Of a stretch of 64,000 nucleotides of DNA, positions 10,101 through 19,067 are shown piece by piece. Made by a program: the position numbers and the translations under genes. Positions within the stretch are counted from its first letter, which is position 1, and the number at the start of each line of letters is the position of its first letter. The DNA lies in the NCBI GenBank assembly GCA_964412505.1, contig CAYPOM010000007.1, positions 7,376 through 71,375 of the forward strand. Reading direction: 5' to 3'. Below the pieces are notes generated by a model, which was not told the origin of the DNA, did no database searches, and worked only from the letters and a program-made list of their open reading frames with translations. The DNA comes from an uncultured Alphaproteobacteria bacterium. Lineage in GTDB: Bacteria; Pseudomonadota; Alphaproteobacteria; UBA3830; CAYLKK01.

Positions 10101-13100
10101 ATGCTATTGATTTTACAGATGCTATTAGTGAATCAGAAGAATATATCAAATTCACAGTTGATGGGAAAGCAAATATCTGGCGTATTCAAAACACAATCGA
10201 TAAAACGCTTCTCACTACAGATTTTGTTGATAAGGATACTTTAGATGAAGCTATGAGGAAAAACACTGGTGTTTGTTTGTATAATTTAACTGAATCTGAA
10301 GTCAATGAACGTGGAATTGCTATTTCTCAAGGAAATTACATATGCTTCCAAGGTGATGGAGAACTGCATGTTACAATAGAGCCAGATACAGAACCAACTG
10401 CACAGGGTTTATATCTTTCCAATATAAAAGATAGTAACCATGTAACTGTTGTTGATCATGGATCTAGTTTGCGGCCTAACAGAAAAGTTGTGTATATAGA
10501 CCCACAAGCGATTTCTGATGATGTCGACGAAGATGGAAATTATCATGTTGATTTAATGATGAATAATGTGAAATTAATTTCCGCGGAACTTACAAATAGA
10601 CCTTACACAAAAGAAGATCCAAAAATTACGATAACAGAAACATCGACAAAAGCAGATGATGTTGTGACAGAAGGAGAAAATTACAAAAAGACAGAGCCAG
10701 GCGACACAACAACTACATATCAAATAATAGCAAATGACTCGCGCCCAATTATGGTTGCAGTCGACAAAAGCATGGTAAAGACGAGAGTAGAGGAGCCATA
10801 CGGAACGGTAAATTTCTCGTCGAAAAATGGAGTATCAGATTGCAAAACAGCATCAGGAGAAATCGTCCCATTAGATACAGATTATAAATTCTGTGGAGAA
10901 ACAGAATTTGTATTTAGCGGAGGAAATTTGATAGACCCAGATACAGATACAGACCAGACAGAGTTCTTATATTATGCAGGCGCAACTGGTTACAGTAGGT
11001 GGATGCGAGCAACTACTAATAGCCCTAATTTCGATGCTAATTTAAGTCCATATAAAGTTAAATATTTACTCACAAACTCGAAGATTATTGATGCATCGCT
11101 GAAAAATCAAATTTTACGAGACTACTTTTGTACATATGGCACAGCAAATAAAAATGTAAAATTTTTAAGATCAAATGGTTCAATAGGTCCTATAACTACA
11201 GTATATAAATGTAATTGCAGTGGTAGTCATACATGCAATCAGAACTCAGCAAATGACAGATATGTATGTTCAATGCAGACATGTGGATTAAATGCAACGA
11301 CTAGTGCCGCAGATTACATTAATCCAGAAAAGAGCAAAGAAGCTGGTAGCCCTAGTCAGAACATGCAATTATTTAGAGATAGTTGTTTAGTGCTAGATGC
11401 TGTAGTTGCATGGCGCCGTGGTAACTATTTGACAATGTATCTTACGGTAGCAAAAAATGGGACAGCAAACGCTTCACATGAAAACTTTTTTATATATGCG
11501 TATGGTATTCAACCTCCACTTGCTGTACAAGTTATTGGTAGTGCACAAGGAGGAACTTCATCGAATGGCGTATCTGTAGGCGGTACAGCGGCAGTTATAT
11601 TTCAGACTGGACAAAATACGTATACATCCTTTACTAAGGATTATACGTTGAATGGAGCATATGGTATTAACGCAAATAGCAATGTCCTTGGAACGCCTGA
11701 AATATATAATGGCAGTGTATATGAAACAGATAAAGTTAAGATGAGATATATTTGGTTCTCATTGGATGCCAATGATGATCCTGGGGGAGGCTTTTGTAGC
11801 GATTATGGACATTACAGAGGGTTCCTTATTCGCCAAGATGATAAGAGTAAACCGCTCCTTAACACAGATTTCGTAGATACAGATAAACTAGATGAAGCTA
11901 TGGCAAAAAATACTGGTATTTGTTTGTACAACTTGGAAGATCAGGCTACAGTAGCTAGTGCTAGTAGTAATGATGGTATTGCTGTAGCATCTGATGGTGG
12001 TTCCGCAGCAGGCGGAAGTGTTAGTGAAGGAGGCGTAGGTGAGGCTGTCGCCCAACCAGAGTCTGCTGTTCCGAATGATGTAATTACAGCTGGAAATTAC
12101 ATATGTTTCCAAGGTGATGGAGAATTACATGTAAAAATGAAACCAACTGAAAATACAATAAAAACTGATATTTATAAAGGTAGTTATAGCTACAACACAA
12201 AATCTGCATATCAGCATGGGGATATGAATACACCATATAAGTGGTATAACACAAATACAGGAACCTTAAAATCTGCAGGAGGTTCTTGGAATTACGAAGT
12301 AGTTCAGGGGGCGTACTATCGGCCACCTTATCCTGAGGCATTTGTGTTATCACCTGATACAGCTACATACACAAGAGGCAAGAATGGTGAATACATATAT
12401 ACGATTACATGTGTAAACGCAAAAATTTCTGCAGATTTTGTTGATAATACTGCAAAGGTGTATCATTTTGAAAAAGATCAAGCTCCAGAAGGTCAAAGAA
12501 GCCTAGATTTTTATAAAGCAACAGAAGATCATGCGAAAGATCTGACTATCATTCCAAACAAAAATGAAGATTTAGCTTGGATAAATGGAGGTGAATCTTT
12601 AGACATAGAGGCAGTAGATGGTAGTTTATTATATAAAAGTAACCTTGACTTTATGTATCAACAAGAACGAATGTACCCAGATATAACTTATAAAAATAAT
12701 ACGAAGTATTGGAATTATTCATCGTCGATATCAACGTTTCCATACAACTATTGTGGAGATTGGACTACAAAAGTAGGGAAAATAGATTCGGATTATTTTT
12801 GTACAGTTTACAAAGTACTTACATATAATACTCATCAAGAAGATACATTAGTTCCATGTGATGTGCGTTTTTTCAAGAGAGTCGATAGGCACACAGGAGC
12901 AATACATGAATTTATTTGTGATAATTGGATAAGTTCAAAAGATACTTATAATATATATGAAAATCCATATGGAGGATTTAGCACAATAAAAATGTCAAGT
13001 TATACATATCCAAAAAATTATGCGTTAGATCAATTTGTTACAAAGCATCCAGAATATTCGCCTACAAACCAATATGACCAAGATGAAATTTTGAAAACAC

Positions 13101-13420
13101 TAACAGGAAAATGTGCTACTGATTTAAAGGCTAAAAATAGCAAAACCAAGATTTATGTTGTAAAATATAGAAAACAAGAAAAAACAAAACCTTTCCCAAC
13201 ATATACACAAGCTAACGCAGATGGACGATTAAATAAAAGGTATATAGAAAGTGAACCTGTGTCTTGCAATTACTCGTACTTAGACTCATGCGCCTCTGGA
13301 AGTGATTATATATATGATTGCTCTAGTCCAGAAGAATTAGAAACTGTTATGTCAAAAATCGCAGAAAGAGTAAAACAAGAGGCTGGATATACAACAGCGC
13401 ATTGTGAGAGTGTAAATTAG
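7166..13420 (+). CDS. giant TadG-like pseudopilin / vWA-fold adhesin with large internal insert
   Basis: Prepilin-like N-terminus KSARSG|YVLVFLAFLLPVIV...ADAALTA; vWA elements VDIVMCI, GIVPYS, KAVILFVN and C-terminal CATDLKAK..KIYVVKY..LDSCASG.DYIYDCSSPEELETVMSKIA. Confidence 0.75.
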   Translation: MSKFLKSARSGYVLVFLAFLLPVIVASIYFAINFTERTSIYSHKDCSADAALTAIKNYNFGAPFEAQKLGLLSKADNVYNDKAVMHSDSTIKHEELIVTPNCFSIVPTDSNITEFNQFVGLYSSIDMSYRQGFFYDENYIKNAKYLASECKVLDVSIHNTGINLACNCVLPAEKGFNGYCNAYPNNEEHNNNMKFTFNKNSNTTSKTINLSKRVADTDKLTIQKDGDSLVVNIKDDLSGKTYSAKAIPAKCNVDIVMCIPTNGAACNENNLDLASVKTGDSTGLPLKVETTETSPSVNVQNTSIYQISQACKKFIKDNFMATQGVCAGIVPYSGKLSIPHYRFDSWGAWQVHFDGTHYTVYANHNVNLHHKVMGYYLYGSCGDSTKSLSYGNVPDSTYGGLAKGVLNTWHKYGANIRHQRGLLSSNPRNDQNYDYDVDVSAIPTNRPEFDTGYLLSSLYPAYLGYANVLRGKADEGSIDYLPNPYYVIELTPDMVKICDLLECFRPINDEYSCSNFLFLPFYWSNALLNYPWSDDPVRESDANYFSQESKLTEGRSKAVILFVNKPDHFEPGEMTYLGFSNDNQEFDLAESDTILFNIDYSSNKYRFYDGTTLGSLCKTTSPNVELYGQKKILKFKQLSGSMVKIPEGTSSADAEYKSDYFWKVPEDSVTKAKLSCPQKHLIKLVFEGNYLDEAIKQKTEGPGTVTFYQDIVKEYPSDNTNKHITDCRIDSTDGESVPLDTPYEISKPTTFVFSGPIKFPMSGDNHLANWDSTGPNFRGNLSPYKVKYLLNKAAISAVTLKKQLIRDYMGKYGAENSTDGIASKWQVNSINSPVLIMRNSKLANRMPTDVLDLSGSSTNDVPAYSPYGNTDDNGNTWTFSTYTHYVSQTQNSNLIGVTDLFRDLCIERQKDDVIKWYSYIEYGDLDTYSKQYYSNIVYGVHFPFSYYIFSADSIIKIFLTNDAFKEYTCKPSDSSYAWNAIDFTDAISESEEYIKFTVDGKANIWRIQNTIDKTLLTTDFVDKDTLDEAMRKNTGVCLYNLTESEVNERGIAISQGNYICFQGDGELHVTIEPDTEPTAQGLYLSNIKDSNHVTVVDHGSSLRPNRKVVYIDPQAISDDVDEDGNYHVDLMMNNVKLISAELTNRPYTKEDPKITITETSTKADDVVTEGENYKKTEPGDTTTTYQIIANDSRPIMVAVDKSMVKTRVEEPYGTVNFSSKNGVSDCKTASGEIVPLDTDYKFCGETEFVFSGGNLIDPDTDTDQTEFLYYAGATGYSRWMRATTNSPNFDANLSPYKVKYLLTNSKIIDASLKNQILRDYFCTYGTANKNVKFLRSNGSIGPITTVYKCNCSGSHTCNQNSANDRYVCSMQTCGLNATTSAADYINPEKSKEAGSPSQNMQLFRDSCLVLDAVVAWRRGNYLTMYLTVAKNGTANASHENFFIYAYGIQPPLAVQVIGSAQGGTSSNGVSVGGTAAVIFQTGQNTYTSFTKDYTLNGAYGINANSNVLGTPEIYNGSVYETDKVKMRYIWFSLDANDDPGGGFCSDYGHYRGFLIRQDDKSKPLLNTDFVDTDKLDEAMAKNTGICLYNLEDQATVASASSNDGIAVASDGGSAAGGSVSEGGVGEAVAQPESAVPNDVITAGNYICFQGDGELHVKMKPTENTIKTDIYKGSYSYNTKSAYQHGDMNTPYKWYNTNTGTLKSAGGSWNYEVVQGAYYRPPYPEAFVLSPDTATYTRGKNGEYIYTITCVNAKISADFVDNTAKVYHFEKDQAPEGQRSLDFYKATEDHAKDLTIIPNKNEDLAWINGGESLDIEAVDGSLLYKSNLDFMYQQERMYPDITYKNNTKYWNYSSSISTFPYNYCGDWTTKVGKIDSDYFCTVYKVLTYNTHQEDTLVPCDVRFFKRVDRHTGAIHEFICDNWISSKDTYNIYENPYGGFSTIKMSSYTYPKNYALDQFVTKHPEYSPTNQYDQDEILKTLTGKCATDLKAKNSKTKIYVVKYRKQEKTKPFPTYTQANADGRLNKRYIESEPVSCNYSYLDSCASGSDYIYDCSSPEELETVMSKIAERVKQEAGYTTAHCESVN
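9262..12145 (+). repeat. two intragenic homologous modules (about 9262-10383 and 10789-12145)
   Basis: Shared GTVxF, GExVPLDTxY, FVFSG, PNFxxNLSPYKVKYLL, QxxRDY, LFRDxC, TDFVD..LDEAM.KNTG.CLYNL and GNYICFQGDGELHV; 10331-10371 vs 12092-12132 match at 38/41 nt. Confidence 0.9.
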
Positions 13421-13430
13421 GTTTCTTGCA

Positions 13431-13471
13431 AAACTATGGCTATATTTAAATTGTGAATATAGCCATAGTTT
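13431..13471. terminator. perfect 16-bp inverted repeat between convergent genes
   Basis: AAACTATGGCTATATT-9 nt-AATATAGCCATAGTTT. Confidence 0.8.
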
Positions 13472-13526
13472 CAATAGAAGATGTTATTTTTGGATGTTAT
13501 CATTTAAATTAGTATTCCACTGCACA

Positions 13527-14672
13527 CTATATCGTCAAGATGATACCATTTTCTTGTTCCCATGAAAGATACACTTTATCTTCCCACTGTATAGCTCGTT
13601 CTGCTGCACGTACAAGATTCGTTTCTGTAGCAAGTAACATTTTATTAAGCTCAGTTCGTACGTAGTATATCGATACATCTCCTAGGTAAACTACATCTTC
13701 AACTATACCAAATGCCCAATTGTTTTTTTTGTTTGGTTTTTCTTTTGAAATTTTTACTTTTTCTGGACGAATTGCTACATGAACATTTGCTCCTACAGCA
13801 ACAGATGTAGATGCTCCTATAAATATATTTTGCTCTAGTCCATTTGATTCGATAGTAACATGTTCTGAGTCAGATTCTACAACTATCCCATCAAAAATAT
13901 TCATAGTTCCAATAAAATTAGCAACATATTTCGAGTTTGGATATTCATAAATTTCTGTAGGAGTTCCAATCTGCAAAATTTTCCCTTCGTTCATTAACCC
14001 TATTCTTGTAGACATCGTCATTGCTTCTTCCTGATCGTGAGAAACCATAACAAATGTCACTCCAACTTTTTCTTGAATATTCACCAATTCTAATTGCGTT
14101 TGCTCTCTTAGTTTTTTGTCTAATGCCGCCATGGGCTCATCTAGTAAAACAAGCTTAGGATGTTTTACCAAACTTCTTGCTATTGCAACTCTTTGCTTCT
14201 CTCCACCTGAAAGCTGGTTAGGATTTCTTTTTTCGTAACCAGACATTTGAACTAAATCCAAATATTCTCTAACTCTTTCTGTTATTTCCTTCTTGCTCAA
14301 TCCTTCTTGTTTCAATCCAAAAGCTACATTCTGTTCAACATTCATGTGTGGAAACAATGCATAAGACTGAAAAACCATACTGACTGGCCGTTTATGTGGT
14401 GGAGTATCAGTCATATCTGAGCCATCTATGAATATTCTACCAGATGTCGGTTTTTCGAATCCTGCGAGCATTCTCAATAATGTTGTTTTTCCGCAACCAG
14501 ATCGACCTAAAAGAGAAAAAAGCTCTCCCTTGTATATTGAGAAAGTTACATCATTTACTGCTACCTTATTATCAAATGTTTTTACTAAATTTTTTATGTA
14601 TACATAGGGCTCGACATCAGGATTTTGCCACGGTTCTAATTTTTTCTTTATTGGTCTAGAGACTATAGCCAT
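13527..14672 (-). CDS. potA: polyamine ABC transporter ATP-binding subunit (PotA/PotG family)
   Basis: GRSGCGKTT, FQSYALFPHM, LSGGEKQR, LLDEP, C-terminal TOBE (AIRPEKV). Confidence 0.9.
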   Translation of the reverse strand: MAIVSRPIKKKLEPWQNPDVEPYVYIKNLVKTFDNKVAVNDVTFSIYKGELFSLLGRSGCGKTTLLRMLAGFEKPTSGRIFIDGSDMTDTPPHKRPVSMVFQSYALFPHMNVEQNVAFGLKQEGLSKKEITERVREYLDLVQMSGYEKRNPNQLSGGEKQRVAIARSLVKHPKLVLLDEPMAALDKKLREQTQLELVNIQEKVGVTFVMVSHDQEEAMTMSTRIGLMNEGKILQIGTPTEIYEYPNSKYVANFIGTMNIFDGIVVESDSEHVTIESNGLEQNIFIGASTSVAVGANVHVAIRPEKVKISKEKPNKKNNWAFGIVEDVVYLGDVSIYYVRTELNKMLLATETNLVRAAERAIQWEDKVYLSWEQENGIILTI

Positions 14673-14684
14673 ATTACATTCTCT

Positions 14685-15608
14685 TTACAATGCCTTTAAA
14701 AATCTATCTGCATCTATAGCAGCCATACAACCTTGTCCAGCTGCTGTAATCGCTTGTCTATACTGCGTATCTTGAACATCTCCAGCTGCAAATACTCCTT
14801 GGATTGACGTTTTACTAGAGCCTCGTTCTGTAACTATATATCCATACTGGTCAATTTCTAGTTCATTCGAAAAAATAGATGAATTTGGCGCATGGCCTAT
14901 CGCTACAAAAACACCATTAACATCTATTGTAGATACAGATCCGTCGTTATCTTCTAATTTTAATCCTACAACTTTTTTCTCATCGCCCAAGATTTCCAAA
15001 ACACGCTTATTCCACATCACTTCAATATTCTCAGTCGCTAGTAGGCGGTTAACTTGTATTTCTTCTGCTGTCAGAAAGTCCCTTCTGTGAATAAGGAAAA
15101 CTTTCTGCGCTAGTTTAGATAAGTATAAAGCTTCTTCTACAGCGGTATTTCCTCCTCCTATTACTGCTACAATCTTTTTTCTAAAAAAGAAACCGTCACA
15201 AATAGCGCATGCAGATACGCCACGACCTCTATATTTAGTTTCGCTTTCTAAACCTAACCATCTAGCTAATGCTCCTGTAGCGATAATGACAGATTTTGCT
15301 AAAAATTGTTTTTCTGACTCACAAGATATTTTAAATGGACGATTAGAAAAATCTACACTTGTAACTATATCATCAACTATTTCTACTCCAGAATTTATAG
15401 CTTGTGTTCTCATAGACAGCATTAACTCTGGACCTGTAACTCTATCTGGAAAACCTGGAAAATTCTCTATATCAGACGTAATTGTTAATTGCCCACCTAT
15501 TTGTGGACCAGAAATAATTATGGGTGAATGATTAGCTCTTGCAGCATATATACCTGCCGTATATCCAGCAGGTCCGCTTCCTATAATTACTATATCACGT
15601 GCATTCAT
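14685..15608 (-). CDS. trxB: thioredoxin-disulfide reductase
   Basis: IIGSGPAG, GVSACAICDG redox motif, GGGNTAVEE, FAAGDV. Confidence 0.97.
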   Translation of the reverse strand: MNARDIVIIGSGPAGYTAGIYAARANHSPIIISGPQIGGQLTITSDIENFPGFPDRVTGPELMLSMRTQAINSGVEIVDDIVTSVDFSNRPFKISCESEKQFLAKSVIIATGALARWLGLESETKYRGRGVSACAICDGFFFRKKIVAVIGGGNTAVEEALYLSKLAQKVFLIHRRDFLTAEEIQVNRLLATENIEVMWNKRVLEILGDEKKVVGLKLEDNDGSVSTIDVNGVFVAIGHAPNSSIFSNELEIDQYGYIVTERGSSKTSIQGVFAAGDVQDTQYRQAITAAGQGCMAAIDADRFLKAL

Positions 15609-16504
15609 TATTCATCTCCTAGTTTAATAACTTCCCACTCTAATTCTATTCCAGAGTTTTCATATACTTTTTGCACTACAGCATTACCTAATTGTTCTAT
15701 ATCTTTTGCTGTAGCAGATCCTGTATTAATTATAAAATTACAGTGTACGTCAGATACCATAGCTCCACCAAAACACATTCCTCTGCATCCTGCCGCATCT
15801 ATCAATTCCCACGCTTTTTTGGTACTCCCTTCTGGGTTCTTAAATGTGGAGCCGCAAGACATCTCATTTAAAGGTTGGCTTTTTTTTCTTTTTACCAAAA
15901 TGTCATGAGTATTCTTCGCAATTTTAAAAGAAGAATCTGGTACTCCTTTTAGCCATATACGAGTCACTATTATATCATCTCTGATAGATGAAGACCGATA
16001 CACGAATTTTAAATCTTTTTTAGTAAGCCAAATATTCTCTCCTTTTCTAGAAAACCCTTCAGCTTCTACAAATATATCTTCTATCGATCGACCATAACAA
16101 CCTGCGTTCATTTTTAATGCACCGCCAATTGTTCCTGGTATCCCTACTAAGAATTCAAGCCCAGCCAGACCATTATCTGCAGACATCATAGAAATTTTTG
16201 CAACCCTAGAGTACGCTCCAGCTTCTATGATATCATTTTCGACATAGCACTTATCAAATGCTTTGCCTAATGAAATGACTACACCGCGGATTCCTCCATC
16301 ACGGATTAAAACATTCGATCCTGCTCCTAAAATTGTTACAGGTATACTGCTATCTAGATTTTTCAAAAATGCTGATAAATCATCTGAATTCGCAGGTTGA
16401 AAAAGTACATCAGCATTGCCACCAACCCCGAAAAATACTAGATTCTTCAGTGGTTCATTAAATAGCAATTCTCCAGATGTTTTTGGTAATTCGAAGTTTA
16501 GCAT
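15608..16504 (-). CDS. murB: UDP-N-acetylmuramate dehydrogenase
   Basis: GAGSNVLIRDGG, IPGTIGGALKMNAG, GSTFKNP, HCNFIIN, LEWEV. Confidence 0.96.
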   Translation of the reverse strand: MLNFELPKTSGELLFNEPLKNLVFFGVGGNADVLFQPANSDDLSAFLKNLDSSIPVTILGAGSNVLIRDGGIRGVVISLGKAFDKCYVENDIIEAGAYSRVAKISMMSADNGLAGLEFLVGIPGTIGGALKMNAGCYGRSIEDIFVEAEGFSRKGENIWLTKKDLKFVYRSSSIRDDIIVTRIWLKGVPDSSFKIAKNTHDILVKRKKSQPLNEMSCGSTFKNPEGSTKKAWELIDAAGCRGMCFGGAMVSDVHCNFIINTGSATAKDIEQLGNAVVQKVYENSGIELEWEVIKLGDE

Positions 16505-17925
16505 TATAAAGCATCATTTAATAAATTTACGGCAACAAAATCTCTAGCCATTTGAGATATATCTCCCGCGCCAAGAAACAATATTATATCATTGTTTGTA
16601 ACTGTTTTAAAATGATGTGTCAACTCGTCTAAGCATGAAATATGTTGAACATTTTTATGTCCATTATTTGCTATTTTATCTACTAAATCCTTATGATCGA
16701 TTCCTGAAAATTCCTCGCCAGCAGAATATACAGGTAACACATACAAATAATCCGCATTACTTAATGACGTCACAAATTCATCAAAAAGGTTTTTTAACCT
16801 ACTATAGCGATGAGGCTGAACAACTACATATAAATTTCCTTTAGAAACAGTCCTAGCGGCATTTAACGTTGCCGCAATTTCTGTAGGATGATGCGCGTAG
16901 TCATCAATTATTTGAGCTCCGTGCAATTTTCCAATCTTAGTAAATCTCCTTTTGATTCCAGAAAAAGATGAAAAAGCAGTTTTTGTTATACTTGCAGAAA
17001 TTTCGAGTTCTAACGCGATTGCGATTGCAGACAATGCATTTTGAACGTTATGTATCCCAACCATAGATAAAGAAAATCCTTTCCATTCTGATGGATTTTT
17101 GATTTTGTATTTTTCTAAACAATCTTCAGAAAATACCACATCAAAGACCACGCGATCTTCTTTTAAATCTATGTTTTCAGCTCTAATACTCGCACTTTCA
17201 TTGAAGCCATAAGTAAGTACTCTTTTGTCTACAATCTTAGACGCAATATCTCTGACATTATCATTGTCTATACATAAAATCCCAACACCATAGAATGGAA
17301 TCTTTTCGACAAATTGCAAAAAGCACGTTTTTAAGTGGTCCAAATCTCTGAAGTTCTCCATATGGTCTGCATCGATATTTGTTACTATTGCAATTGTCGG
17401 AGGCAGTTTGTTAAATGAACCATCTGACTCATCTGCTTCAGCGACAACCCATTCTCCACAACCTAATCTAGCATTACTGCCATAAGAGTTTATAACACCA
17501 CCATTAATAACAGTAGGAGACATCTCTGCACAATCAAGCAAATGTGCTACAAGAGATGTCGTTGTAGTCTTCCCATGTGTCCCTGATACTGCTATTGACT
17601 TCTTAAGACGCATTAATTCTCCTAACATTTCTGCTCTTTTTATTACTGGAATTTTCTGTTTTCTTGCTTCGACTAATTCGCAGTTATCTTTTTTTATAGA
17701 GGAGGATACAACAACTACAGAGGCATCAAGCACATTTTCAGTAGAGTGCCCATAAAATACATTAACTCCAAGCTTTTCAAGGCGACTTGTGATTGCCGAA
17801 CGTTTTACGTCGCTTCCTCTAACTGAATACCCTAAATTATTTAGAATTTCAGCTATTCCGCTCATTCCTATACCGCCGATACCTATAAAATGAATATTAC
17901 CTATTCCGACTGGGAACAACTTCAT
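16504..17925 (-). CDS. murC: UDP-N-acetylmuramate--L-alanine ligase
   Basis: HFIGIGGIGMSG, GTHGKTTT, EADESDGSF, DDYAHHPTEI, QPHRYSR. Confidence 0.97.
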   Translation of the reverse strand: MKLFPVGIGNIHFIGIGGIGMSGIAEILNNLGYSVRGSDVKRSAITSRLEKLGVNVFYGHSTENVLDASVVVVSSSIKKDNCELVEARKQKIPVIKRAEMLGELMRLKKSIAVSGTHGKTTTTSLVAHLLDCAEMSPTVINGGVINSYGSNARLGCGEWVVAEADESDGSFNKLPPTIAIVTNIDADHMENFRDLDHLKTCFLQFVEKIPFYGVGILCIDNDNVRDIASKIVDKRVLTYGFNESASIRAENIDLKEDRVVFDVVFSEDCLEKYKIKNPSEWKGFSLSMVGIHNVQNALSAIAIALELEISASITKTAFSSFSGIKRRFTKIGKLHGAQIIDDYAHHPTEIAATLNAARTVSKGNLYVVVQPHRYSRLKNLFDEFVTSLSNADYLYVLPVYSAGEEFSGIDHKDLVDKIANNGHKNVQHISCLDELTHHFKTVTNNDIILFLGAGDISQMARDFVAVNLLNDAL

Positions 17926-17966
17926 AAATACCCCTTAAACTAACAAATTAAATTTAACAAAATATC

Positions 17967-19040
17967 TCATTTGCCCTTTGTTTCTTCCATTATTTCATTC
18001 TTCAAAAAATTGATATATGAGACATTCGCTGTCGCGGAACGAGACTTAAGCATGTTTACAGAAGCTATCGTAAGCTGGTCTAAATCACTGAACAAAGACA
18101 TTAATTTATCAGCTAAAACTTGCGGAGATAAACTGTTTTCATCAATTATCCAAGCAGCCCCCAAATTCTCATAATACTCAGCATTCGAATATTGATGTCC
18201 TCCAGCATATTGATATGGTATCAATATAGCCGCTCTACCTATTGTTGCCAATTCTGCTAGAGTCGATGCACCAGCTCTACTTATTACCAAATCAGCGTTG
18301 GCGATGATATTTCCAACATCTTGTAAAAATTCTCGTACATCGCTTTCGATACCGAACGCATTATAAGCAGCTTTAATTAATTCTATTTTATTTGCAGATG
18401 ATTGCTGTACCACTTTTATAAACTCACGTTTTTTCTGTGGCAATAAGCGAAACGCTTCTGGAATAACGGTTGAAAAAATATCAGCAGATTGGCTGCCGCC
18501 GATCACGCATATTACAAACTTACTTTTATTTTTAAACAAATATGGAGTTGCAAACTTAGAAAAAATTTGCTTTCGAACTGGGGTATCTAGCGTTATGCAT
18601 TTAGGATGTTCATTTTGAGGATAATTTGAAGTAGTATAATTAGCGATTTTTGATAAAAATTTATTAGCTTTTCCGAATACAGCATTTGGCTCATGAATTA
18701 CAGTCTTTATCCCCAACAGTTTTGCAAACACAATCGGCACTATTGTTGGAACCCCACCGAATCCAATCATTATGTCTGGCTTTTTCTTCCTGAATGAAAT
18801 TAATAAACCTATAAATATTCTAATGGCATTTAAAGCTGTAATGTGTATATTTTTAAAACAGGATGAAACATCTGGCATTACATTTACATTAAATTTTTCA
18901 TCGCCACTGCAGTATCTACTCCCTCTTTTGTCTGTTAAAAAAATAACATTACACCCCTCATCTCTTAACTGTTCGCATAAAGCCAACGCTGGAAATACAT
19001 GACCTCCACTACCACCGGCACACACAACGAAAGTCTTCAT
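17967..19040 (-). CDS. murG: MurG glycosyltransferase
   Basis: GGSGGHVFPA, HEPN, GGSQ, RAGASTLAEL, HQYSNA. Confidence 0.93.
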   Translation of the reverse strand: MKTFVVCAGGSGGHVFPALALCEQLRDEGCNVIFLTDKRGSRYCSGDEKFNVNVMPDVSSCFKNIHITALNAIRIFIGLLISFRKKKPDIMIGFGGVPTIVPIVFAKLLGIKTVIHEPNAVFGKANKFLSKIANYTTSNYPQNEHPKCITLDTPVRKQIFSKFATPYLFKNKSKFVICVIGGSQSADIFSTVIPEAFRLLPQKKREFIKVVQQSSANKIELIKAAYNAFGIESDVREFLQDVGNIIANADLVISRAGASTLAELATIGRAAILIPYQYAGGHQYSNAEYYENLGAAWIIDENSLSPQVLADKLMSLFSDLDQLTIASVNMLKSRSATANVSYINFLKNEIMEETKGK

Positions 19041-19067
19041 AATTACCCCACTATAATTTTGGTTAAT

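Noticed and set aside
9262-12145. Duplicated modules considered as a DGR template/variable repeat pair
   Set aside because: Both copies are coding, differences are not adenine-specific, and no reverse transcriptase is present in the window
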